This document shows, piece after piece, positions 1-7,471 of a stretch of 30,339 nt of DNA. Each line of letters starts with the position of its first letter. Positions within the stretch are counted from its first letter, which is position 1. This stretch comes from a bacterium (lineage in GTDB: Bacteria; Hinthialibacterota; Hinthialibacteria; Hinthialibacterales; Hinthialibacteraceae). The DNA is taken from positions 1 to 30,339 of the forward strand of contig JBHGBC010000060.1 of the NCBI GenBank assembly GCA_041946805.1, given 5' to 3'. The notes under the pieces are model-generated. The model did not search any database, was not told the origin of the DNA, and saw only the letters and a list, made by a program, of their open reading frames with translations. The position numbers were made by a program, and so were the translations under genes.

Positions 1-153
1 TGGATCGCCGATGTCGAGGGGAAAACCGTCACGGTTTACCGAACTCCCTCTCCCCAAGGGTACGAGGAAATGAAAACCTGCCGCGCCGGCCAAACCTTGT
101 CCCCCCTGGCGTTTTCCGGGATGAATATAGCGGTCCAGGATATTCTGGGCTGA
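1..153 (+). CDS. Uma2 (DUF820) family endonuclease, C-terminal fragment (5' part outside window)
   Basis: Own translation of frame 1: WIADVEGKTVTVYRTPSPQGYEEMKTCRAGQTLSPLAFSGMNIAVQDILG* (TGA 151-153). This matches the typical Uma2 C-terminus (YWIvD...V.VyR.P...gY......g..lsp.afp.....v..ll). Confidence 0.8.
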   Translation, partial: WIADVEGKTVTVYRTPSPQGYEEMKTCRAGQTLSPLAFSGMNIAVQDILG

Positions 154-199
154 TTCCAGCCGCGAAATATCCTCCGCTCGGCCGCATGCAGGTGTTGCC

Positions 200-1582
200 T
201 TAATGCTTGAAGCAGCGCATGGAGGTAAACACCATCGTGGCGCCGCGTTCGTTGCAGGCCTGCACGGCGTCGGCGTCACGCAACGATCCCCCCGGTTGCA
301 CGATCGCCGTGACGCCTTCCTCCAACAGGGTGTCCACCCCGTCGCGGAACGGGAAGAAGGCGTCCGAGGCGGCCACCGCGCCTTTCAATCCGGCGTTGTC
401 CTGGGCGGCTTCTTCTTCGATCCGGTCCAACGCGTGCATGGGAACGATGCCCTTGCGGGCTTCGAGCGCGAGAGCGTCGAACTGCATGCCATGTTTTTGG
501 ATGGCGATCAGCGATTGCCTTGAAATATACGCCTTGCTCACGCATTGCTTGGCCATCATCACGCGGTCCTGCCCGCCCACGCCGATGGAAACCGTCGCGC
601 CGTTTTTGGCGGTCAGCACCGAGTTGGAGGTCACGCCGGTTTCCACCATCCAGGCGAACCAGAGATCTTTCATTTCCTGTTCGGTGGGCGCGCGCTGGAT
701 GGAGACGGTTTGGTCCGTCTTCACCACCTTGCCTTCCCGCGTTTCCCGGACGGGAAGCCCCTGAGGAACCTCGACACACTCCTTGAAATCGGCATACGAC
801 CGGATCACCCGTTGGTCCATGCCCGCCGTGGGCATGTATGACCATTGGGGCAACACCGATCCGTCCGAGAGCGACTTGAAATCGACATACCGCCGGCCGA
901 TGTCCTCCTGGAGGCGGGCGATGTCCCGGATGCGGATGATGCGCAGATTCTTGCGGCGGGCGAGGATCTCCACCGCGCCGTCCTCGTATTCGGGCGCGCA
1001 GATCACCTCGTAATACTGTTCGGCCACGGCTTCGGCGGTACCCTGATCCACCGCGCGATTCACCACCAGCACGCCGCCGAAGGGAGCGATGGGATCGGCT
1101 TCCCACGCCTTGGTGTAGGCGCCCAGCAGGTTTTCGCCCAGCGCCACCCCGCAGGGATTGTTGTGCTTGATGATCACCGCGCAGGGTTCCTCATGGAAAT
1201 ATTTCAGGATGGAGAGGCCGCTGTCCACATCGGTGAGGTTGGTCTTGCTGGGGTGTTTGCCGAACTGGATGAGCGATTCGTTGGTCAGTCCGCCGATCCG
1301 GCTGTCACCCTCACCCAGAAATTGGATGCCCGCCAGCACCAGATGGCCGTTGACCGCCCGGTACAACGCCGCTTCCTGGCCGGGATTCTCACCATACCGC
1401 AAGCCTTTTTCTTCCAGCTCGCCCGAGCCGCCGGGCAGGGTCCAGGTGACTTTTTCGTAGAGGCACACTTGTGCCTGGGTGGCCCGCAGCAGGTCCACAT
1501 CGCCGGGATTATCGGTGAAGCCGGCGAAGAAGTAGCGGGGGAAATGATCGTCAATGACCGTTTGGTATTGCTTCATGCTCAT
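200..1582 (-). CDS. purH: PurH-family AICAR transformylase, short type lacking the N-terminal MGS-like IMP cyclohydrolase domain
   Basis: 460 aa with LRYGENPGQEAA, KHNNPCG (catalytic Lys-His), FGG, EVICAP, SN, SDAFFPFRDG, QPGGSLRD and the terminal R.FKH motifs. The LRYGENP motif lies only about 60 aa from the N-terminus. Confidence 0.88.
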   Translation of the reverse strand: MSMKQYQTVIDDHFPRYFFAGFTDNPGDVDLLRATQAQVCLYEKVTWTLPGGSGELEEKGLRYGENPGQEAALYRAVNGHLVLAGIQFLGEGDSRIGGLTNESLIQFGKHPSKTNLTDVDSGLSILKYFHEEPCAVIIKHNNPCGVALGENLLGAYTKAWEADPIAPFGGVLVVNRAVDQGTAEAVAEQYYEVICAPEYEDGAVEILARRKNLRIIRIRDIARLQEDIGRRYVDFKSLSDGSVLPQWSYMPTAGMDQRVIRSYADFKECVEVPQGLPVRETREGKVVKTDQTVSIQRAPTEQEMKDLWFAWMVETGVTSNSVLTAKNGATVSIGVGGQDRVMMAKQCVSKAYISRQSLIAIQKHGMQFDALALEARKGIVPMHALDRIEEEAAQDNAGLKGAVAASDAFFPFRDGVDTLLEEGVTAIVQPGGSLRDADAVQACNERGATMVFTSMRCFKH

Positions 1583-1667
1583 GGGGCAGGCTCCGTGAAG
1601 ATTTATTCACTGGCAAATTCATGTTTCGGTGTGGATAGCCGGGTTCATTTCGTTCTAACAAGGCGTT

Positions 1668-1700
1668 CCCTCACCCCAACCCGCTCCCGGGGGGAGAGGG
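1668..1700. repeat. REP-like palindrome, CCCTCACC..CTCCC-GGGAGAGGG family (copy 1)
   Basis: ccctcaccccaacccgctcccggggggagaggg; related copies at 9136, 21809 and 28865. Confidence 0.75.
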
Positions 1701-1741
1701 AATTGGGTACGAGACAATCTTTCATCCATCCTGACTCACCC

Positions 1742-2833
1742 TTATGGATTCGCACCTTTTCCCTGATTTTGAATCTCCCGGGCGATTTCCAGCAGCGGCG
1801 GGCGATTCCGTTCCAACCAATCCATCAGACGATTCGCTTCTTCGAGAACGATCCGCACTTTGGGCGATTCTTCTTCGAAAGGTTTGTGAATATTGATAGG
1901 AATCAGGGGGATGGAGATCATCACAGTATGTTGGTTCTTGGTGACGATATAGCGCATCCTATATTCCAATAAAGGCTCCAGCTTGGGCCTGACGATGGCA
2001 TCGGATTTTCCCCAGCCCATGAATTGGAGATCCAGCCGGTCATGTCCCGGCCCGATTTTATGGACCAGTTTCAACTTCATCAGATCCCGATCAATTTTCA
2101 GGCCGGGATGTTGATAAAAGAACCAAATGCATCCCGAGGCGTCGCTTCTTGTGCCGGGAGACCGCATGGTAAAACGAAAAGGCTGATCGTGGATGAATTG
2201 GAAATATTTCAGATTGAACTCATCTGTCACAGGACCTCTTGATTCCTCAGACACCCGGCGGCTTTTCTCGATGGCTTGGCTCACGATGCGCGCTTTATGA
2301 AGATACCGGCTAGTTAATTCAAGTTCGTATTCGTTCGAAGCCTGTCCCGCGAGGAATCCCAAGATTTCATCATAAGAAACGATGACATCGAATGCCACCC
2401 TCTGTTTATCCTGGAAAAAGGGAGCATTTTGATAATAACACGCGGGCGCCAACAAGGCCGTCAAGCATTTCGAGCATTTTCCCTCCGTAACATATTTCCG
2501 GCTCCGTTCACGGTACCGCTCGATTTGCCGCGGGCCGAAGGGCGCGATGATTTTGTTCTCCACCAGAAACCGGACCGGGCGGTCGGCTGGCTCTTTCACG
2601 TGATAATCCACCAAAATATCCGTCTCCCCATACCCGATGCCACTCTCTGAGACACTGTGGATCGCTTTCACTTCTTGGATGAAGGATTCAAGTGGAATAG
2701 CGGGGTCGATCTCCAGATGGGTTTTGCGCCAAAACCACTGTTGGAAGGACTCGTTGCAATTGAATTCCTCCAGGAACAAAAAATCCAAATCCCGTTCGGT
2801 AATGCAGGTTGAGAGAAGGTCGTATTCCGCCAT
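1742..2833 (-). CDS. PD-(D/E)XK nuclease family protein with uncharacterised C-terminal domain
   Basis: Motif I TERDLD, motif II GETDIL, motif III LVENKI and a QIERY helix. Start placed at ATG 2833 because GGAGG precedes it; the ORF track extends to 2872. Confidence 0.75.
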   Translation of the reverse strand: MAEYDLLSTCITERDLDFLFLEEFNCNESFQQWFWRKTHLEIDPAIPLESFIQEVKAIHSVSESGIGYGETDILVDYHVKEPADRPVRFLVENKIIAPFGPRQIERYRERSRKYVTEGKCSKCLTALLAPACYYQNAPFFQDKQRVAFDVIVSYDEILGFLAGQASNEYELELTSRYLHKARIVSQAIEKSRRVSEESRGPVTDEFNLKYFQFIHDQPFRFTMRSPGTRSDASGCIWFFYQHPGLKIDRDLMKLKLVHKIGPGHDRLDLQFMGWGKSDAIVRPKLEPLLEYRMRYIVTKNQHTVMISIPLIPINIHKPFEEESPKVRIVLEEANRLMDWLERNRPPLLEIAREIQNQGKGANP

Positions 2834-2983
2834 GGTGCTGCCTCCCCATAATCTTGAATATCGGGCCTCCATCTCCGTAAGCGTAATGATGGATCGCAGT
2901 TTCTCTCAAAATCAAACAGCCGGGAGATAGGTAATCCCCCGGCTGCCTGGTTATTCACTCGATTCGCAAACCACCGCGGCGGA

Positions 2984-3601
2984 TCAGCCTCCCGCCTGGA
3001 TCTGCAAGTACAGATCCTGCGCATCTTGCGGCGTCACCCGGCCGTCACCGTTCACGTCGGCGATGCGCAGCTTATCCGCCGGCAAGGCGTCTCCACGCAG
3101 GTAGATATTCAGAATCTCCTGCATATCGGCGTTGTCCAAAGTTCCGTCTTCGTTCACGTCACCGATCTGAATCACCACCGGCGTGGGCGTCACCGTCGGC
3201 GTGGAGGTCGGCGTCGGGACCTCGGTGGGCGTCTCGGTCGGCGTGGCCACTGCCGTCTCGGTGGGTGTCGGCGCCGGAGTGAAGGTCGGAGTCGGGGTCG
3301 CCACCGGTGTCTCGGTGGGGGTGGCTACCGGGGTTTCGGTAGGGGTGGCTACCACGCTCTCTGTGGGCGTCGGTACCGGAGTGAACGTTGCTGTAGGCGT
3401 AGTTACGGGGGTTTCGGTCGGAGTCGCCACGGCCGATTCCGTAGGGGTAGGTTCCACGGGCACGGGCGTGGCGGTGGGCGTTTCCACCGGGGTTTCCGTG
3501 GGTGTTTCCACGACCTGGGCCGTGGCCACGGGAGAAATCCACGCGCCAAGCAGGATGGATAAGCATAGACTCAGAAGAATGACGGGCACATGCCTAAGCA
3601 T
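2984..3601 (-). CDS. Secreted Pro/Thr-rich protein with C-terminal dockerin type I-like (paired EF-hand) domain
   Basis: N-terminal hydrophobic signal peptide ending ATA-Q, about 110 aa of PT repeats, then two Ca-binding loops [13 protein letters not shown] and [21 protein letters not shown] upstream. Confidence 0.82.
   Translation of the reverse strand: MLRHVPVILLSLCLSILLGAWISPVATAQVVETPTETPVETPTATPVPVEPTPTESAVATPTETPVTTPTATFTPVPTPTESVVATPTETPVATPTETPVATPTPTFTPAPTPTETAVATPTETPTEVPTPTSTPTVTPTPVVIQIGDVNEDGTLDNADMQEILNIYLRGDALPADKLRIADVNGDGRVTPQDAQDLYLQIQAGG
3178..3511 (-). repeat. Coding tandem repeat, (V/A)xTPTETP-type units
   Basis: Repeated [16 protein letters not shown] octamers (24-bp period), organised in three larger units each starting PTPTE[S/T][A/V]VATPTETP. 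Confidence 0.85.
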
Positions 3602-3672
3602 TCTATTATTCTCCTTTCAGGGACCACCAAGAGCCACACAGACAAAACAGGATACCAGGCCATTTTGTCATA

Positions 3673-3702
3673 ACTATAAGAAACTAGCCTACATGCTGTC
3701 AA
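3673..3702 (-). promoter_or_regulatory. Sigma70-type promoter for the dockerin gene
   Basis: Minus strand TTGACA (3702-3697), 18-bp spacer, TATAGT (3678-3673); about 70 bp upstream of the ATG at 3601. Confidence 0.6.
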
Positions 3703-3810
3703 GACATTCCCACGCTTTTTTCACATTTTTTTCGCTATGCCGCATGACCAGTAAAATTTAAGAAACGCATCTAATGCATCCTACTTAGTTGACTTTATTC
3801 GAGTAAAGAA

Positions 3811-5052
3811 TCACACACGTTCCCGCCTCACACAGAAGGTTCCAATCAACAGGGCCGTCAGGATGAAAAATCCTGACCAGAAAAAGGTCGTCTGAATCGC
3901 TTCCGCCCGTGGCAGCTCCGCATGGTATTCCACAAGAGCGCTGGAAATCAGATACCCCGTCACCTGGCCGGTCATGAAGGCGAAATAGATCATCGCCTGC
4001 GCCGAGGACCGCACGCTTTCCTCGCATTCCGAATCCAGGTACATCGCCGACGCGAAAAACACGCCGATCACCGCCGGCCCTTGCAGCGCATTGAGGAACA
4101 ACATCCACCCCGGAGCTTCCAGCATGGACATCCCCGTCCAGCGGATGTATTCCGAGGCGAAGGCGGCGAGAATCGTCCCCTTCATTCCCCAAAATCGCAC
4201 CACCTTTTGGAGATTGTAGGTCAAAACGATTTCCACTCCCACGCCCACCAGCCAAAATGTAGCGAAAAAAATCTCGGAAAGATCCCGGTGGCCGATGTAA
4301 GGCCCGACATATTGGGTTCCCGCGGCCGTGCCCACCGAAAGGAAGTAGAGTGAAGCGAACAAGCTCATGAGATTCCGGTTACGCAGCAGTTCCACGAACG
4401 AACTGAAAACCGGCCGGGAATGGCGCTCGAAATGGGCTTCGTCCCACCGGGTGAACAGGATCGTCGCGAGGTACATGCAGCTCCCGCCCAAAAAGACCAT
4501 TGTCCGCCCGTACAATCCCAATCCGTGGGACAGCAGGACCAACACGGGAGCGAGTACGAACATCCCCACCGAGAAACTGATGCTGCCCGCCACGCGTATA
4601 CGGCCGAACAAGTGCCGCCGCTTCTGCCCCAGGTACGAGAGAATGATGGCGGCGTTGAGGGGCAATCCCGAGCCGTAGCAGGTCATGAACAAAAAAGCGA
4701 AGGTCAGCAGCAGAGGGAATCCGCCCCATTGATAGGAAAAGGCGTAAAAGCCGAGGATCAATCCCGTCAGCGTCACCACCGCGCGGAAGGCGGTGGTCCG
4801 GCCCAGGATCCGGTCCGACAAGAATCCCCAAACCGGCTGCAGCAACAGCGCGCCCAGCGCGGGAACGGCCATCAACAAGCCGATCTGCCAATCCGGCAGG
4901 TGCAGATCGAGATCGTAATACCGGGTGAAATGGGGATACACCAGGGCCTGGCCGGTATACAAGAACCAGGTGGAAAGGACGACCTGCCAACCCGTCCGGT
5001 CCTGAGCGGCATCCCCGGTGAAAATCGAGGTGATTTCCCCGGCCGCGGTCAT
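3811..5052 (-). CDS. MFS transporter (MFS_1-like, HcaT/NupG-like branch)
   Basis: About 12 hydrophobic segments, motif A-like GFLSDRILGRT, and FGRIRVAGSISF resembling the conserved (Y/F)G.IR..GS.gF. Start uncertain (5052, 5097 or 5130); 5052 avoids overlapping the upstream gene. Confidence 0.85.
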   Translation of the reverse strand: MTAAGEITSIFTGDAAQDRTGWQVVLSTWFLYTGQALVYPHFTRYYDLDLHLPDWQIGLLMAVPALGALLLQPVWGFLSDRILGRTTAFRAVVTLTGLILGFYAFSYQWGGFPLLLTFAFLFMTCYGSGLPLNAAIILSYLGQKRRHLFGRIRVAGSISFSVGMFVLAPVLVLLSHGLGLYGRTMVFLGGSCMYLATILFTRWDEAHFERHSRPVFSSFVELLRNRNLMSLFASLYFLSVGTAAGTQYVGPYIGHRDLSEIFFATFWLVGVGVEIVLTYNLQKVVRFWGMKGTILAAFASEYIRWTGMSMLEAPGWMLFLNALQGPAVIGVFFASAMYLDSECEESVRSSAQAMIYFAFMTGQVTGYLISSALVEYHAELPRAEAIQTTFFWSGFFILTALLIGTFCVRRERV

Positions 5053-5074
5053 GGATGCAACGGGAGACGCGGTG

Positions 5075-6439
5075 TTATTCAAGTTGGATGCGTGCATAGC
5101 GGAGGGGATTGCCATTCGGCCCGGTGCCATACAAATCGAGCAGGCGGGAAGGTTTCGAACCTCCCCGTTCTGTCGCGGTGAAAAAGACTGAAAACGGTTG
5201 TTGGAGGGGGATGGCGGCCGCGTCCCCCCGGCGGGGGAATATCCGTTGGATCCGGGTTTCCACTCCGGCCGGTCGGCCGTGTTTCATGATCCCCGCGGTA
5301 TAGACCACGTACAGCGCCCCATCCGGTGTGGCTTGCCACCGGGCATAACGGGGATCCGGGCCATCCAGGCCTTCGCCGCCAGTCATCAAGGTCAGCCGTT
5401 CTTCCACCCGGCCTTGAATCACCACCACGCATTCGAGGGAACGGATCAACTTCCTGCCGGGGAAGAAGCGGTCCCGCATCAGCGCGGTTTGCACCGGTTG
5501 CTTGAGATAGAGAAGATACGCCCGGCCTTCGCGATCCAGCCATAAATCCAGGTTGGTGATATGCCCTGCCGAGGCGTCGACCGTGTCGATCTCAATCGGT
5601 TCGTGGAACGGCTCAGTGCGCACATCGGGAGTCCACGTGTAAAACAGGCGGCGGAAAACGTAATCCCAATCCCGCCCGGTTTTCTCTTTCTTGAACTTAC
5701 GCCATTCCTCGGTGGGTTCCACGATATCGCCGATGGCCAGGATGTGCCCCGCGCCGGCTTTCAACGCCACCTGGGGATAACACGCGCGGAGTGGAAACTC
5801 GATGAATCCATGGGCGGACCATTCGCCCTCCGGATTCCTTACACTGACATACTGGCGGCCGTTTTCCGCGTCGATGTGGAACAGCAGCGTCTCGCGCGCT
5901 TCGCCGTCCACGCCGATCCCCCGGTACGAATGGTCCGTGAACCGGGGCGTTCCCTCCCAGCGCGGCAACTCCAAAACCGGTGGGGATGACAACGCGGCGA
6001 AGCCGAAACGAAACACGTTCGGCTCGCACGGGCCGTACTGGGTTCCCGGCGGCTGGGTCGAGGAATTGGCGGAAAGCAGCAACGTATCGTCACCTAACAG
6101 CACCAGGGGACACGGCTCCCGGTTCCGGAACCGTTCATCCTGATGCAGGACCACCCAGCCTTTTGCGGTCCGCTCCCAGAGACGCCAGCGGGTATTGCAG
6201 AGGGGCGGGACGTCCTTCCCGGTCTCGTTGATGCTGGCGAAGACACGCTCTCCGCTCCGGACCAGCACCGGCGCGCCATAACACCACAGCGGGCCGGAGC
6301 CGTTGTTGGGGGATTCCACGGTTACGATATCCTCTTCGATCAGAACCTGGGGGAGAAGCGGTGTATCCCCTTGGGCCATAGCGGTGACCGGCGCCAGGCC
6401 GAACAGGATGATCCAGGAAAGAAAAGTGGTACGATTCAT
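5075..6439 (-). CDS. Secreted hypothetical protein, possibly a beta-propeller (BNR-like) fold
   Basis: 454 aa ORF with signal peptide (MNRTTFLSWIILFGLAPVTAMA-Q) and a beta-strand-like, aromatic-rich sequence. Ends 23 bp before the MFS start. Fold is inferred. Confidence 0.7.
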   Translation of the reverse strand: MNRTTFLSWIILFGLAPVTAMAQGDTPLLPQVLIEEDIVTVESPNNGSGPLWCYGAPVLVRSGERVFASINETGKDVPPLCNTRWRLWERTAKGWVVLHQDERFRNREPCPLVLLGDDTLLLSANSSTQPPGTQYGPCEPNVFRFGFAALSSPPVLELPRWEGTPRFTDHSYRGIGVDGEARETLLFHIDAENGRQYVSVRNPEGEWSAHGFIEFPLRACYPQVALKAGAGHILAIGDIVEPTEEWRKFKKEKTGRDWDYVFRRLFYTWTPDVRTEPFHEPIEIDTVDASAGHITNLDLWLDREGRAYLLYLKQPVQTALMRDRFFPGRKLIRSLECVVVIQGRVEERLTLMTGGEGLDGPDPRYARWQATPDGALYVVYTAGIMKHGRPAGVETRIQRIFPRRGDAAAIPLQQPFSVFFTATERGGSKPSRLLDLYGTGPNGNPLRYARIQLE

Positions 6440-6454
6440 TGTGAATTCTCATGC

Positions 6455-6618
6455 CGCGCCGTTGGCGCTTCAAATCAGTTTTGGTGGGATTTCGTGTTGC
6501 TCAATCCACCCGACTACTCTGAAAAAAGAACTGGATCCCCGCTTGCGCGGAGATGACATTTTACAGGGGCGGACACGAAGGTCCGCCCCTACTGGATTCT
6601 CGTGGGCGCGGGGATGAC
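6455..6618. repeat. Composite cluster of REP-like palindromes
   Basis: cgcgccgttggcgctt (6455-6470); GTAG-tailed hairpin on the minus strand (6483-6516); ctggatccccgcttgcgcggagatgac (6531-6557); GTAG REP aggggcggacacgaaggtccgcccctac (6565-6592); ctggattctcgtgggcgcggggatgac (6592-6618). Confidence 0.8.
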
Positions 6619-6664
6619 ATCCTTGCCCTTGGTTTCATGACCTTGCTTATCACTCGTCCCCCTT

Positions 6665-7366
6665 CTACCCCTTCAACTGCCGGTAGAACAGCATCAACTC
6701 CTTGAAGGCCCGCAGGATGACCTTGGGGCTGCCCCCCGATTGCTTTCCTGCTTTCCGGGGGTAGTGGCGCACGCCGATCTGGTGGATCCGCGCGTTTTTC
6801 CGTTTCAGGATCGAAAACAGCTCGACCGAGATCACCGCTCCTTCCGCCCGCAGCGTCTCGCCGTCCAGGTATTTCCGCTTGATCAGCTTGAACGCGCAAT
6901 CCAGGTCCTGGGCCCGAAAGCCGAACAGGATCCGGATCAGCGTTCCCCAGCCGAACGCGAACAGTTTACGGTGGATGGGATCGCTCCGGTTCATGCGGAA
7001 CCCGACGATGGCGTCGTATTGGTCCGTGCAGGCCAAAAACCGGGGGAGCTCGCCCACCTCGAACTGGCCGTCGCCGTCAGTGAAAAAGATCCAATCCTTG
7101 GCGCAGGCGGCGAATCCGGTTTTCAACGCGCCCCCGTAGCCCCGGTTCGCGTCATGATGGATCGCCCGGACCTTGGGATGCGCATGGGCCAGTTCGTCCG
7201 CCCGTTCCCGCGTCCCGTCGGTGCTGCCGTCATCGATGATCAACACTTCGTAATCGTCCACGGTTTCCGACAGCACCTGGACGGTCTTTTCCGTCAGGGG
7301 GCCGATGTTATCCACTTCGTTGTGCGCCGGGAAGAACGCGGAGACGGTTACCGGAAACTTGGCCAT
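6665..7366 (-). CDS. Glycosyltransferase family 2, DPM1-like (polyprenol-phosphate sugar synthase type)
   Basis: PAHNE, IIDDGSTDGT, NRGYGGALKTG, DxD motif TDGDGQF, D..CAFKL and R.aG.qSg motifs; 233 aa, soluble. Confidence 0.9.
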   Translation of the reverse strand: MAKFPVTVSAFFPAHNEVDNIGPLTEKTVQVLSETVDDYEVLIIDDGSTDGTRERADELAHAHPKVRAIHHDANRGYGGALKTGFAACAKDWIFFTDGDGQFEVGELPRFLACTDQYDAIVGFRMNRSDPIHRKLFAFGWGTLIRILFGFRAQDLDCAFKLIKRKYLDGETLRAEGAVISVELFSILKRKNARIHQIGVRHYPRKAGKQSGGSPKVILRAFKELMLFYRQLKG

Positions 7367-7471
7367 GGATGCCTTGCCTATTCTACTGTACTTATACCTT
7401 CGGAAAATACGTACTGATTGTAATGGTTCCCCCCGCCTTCGGGAAGCAGGCAGCGGCTTTTTCCAGGAAGA

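Noticed and set aside
3183..3761. Val/Gly-repeat ORF (GVSVGVAT)n on the plus strand
   Set aside because: Reverse-complement reading of the Pro/Thr repeat; the minus strand has the promoter, RBS, signal peptide and dockerin
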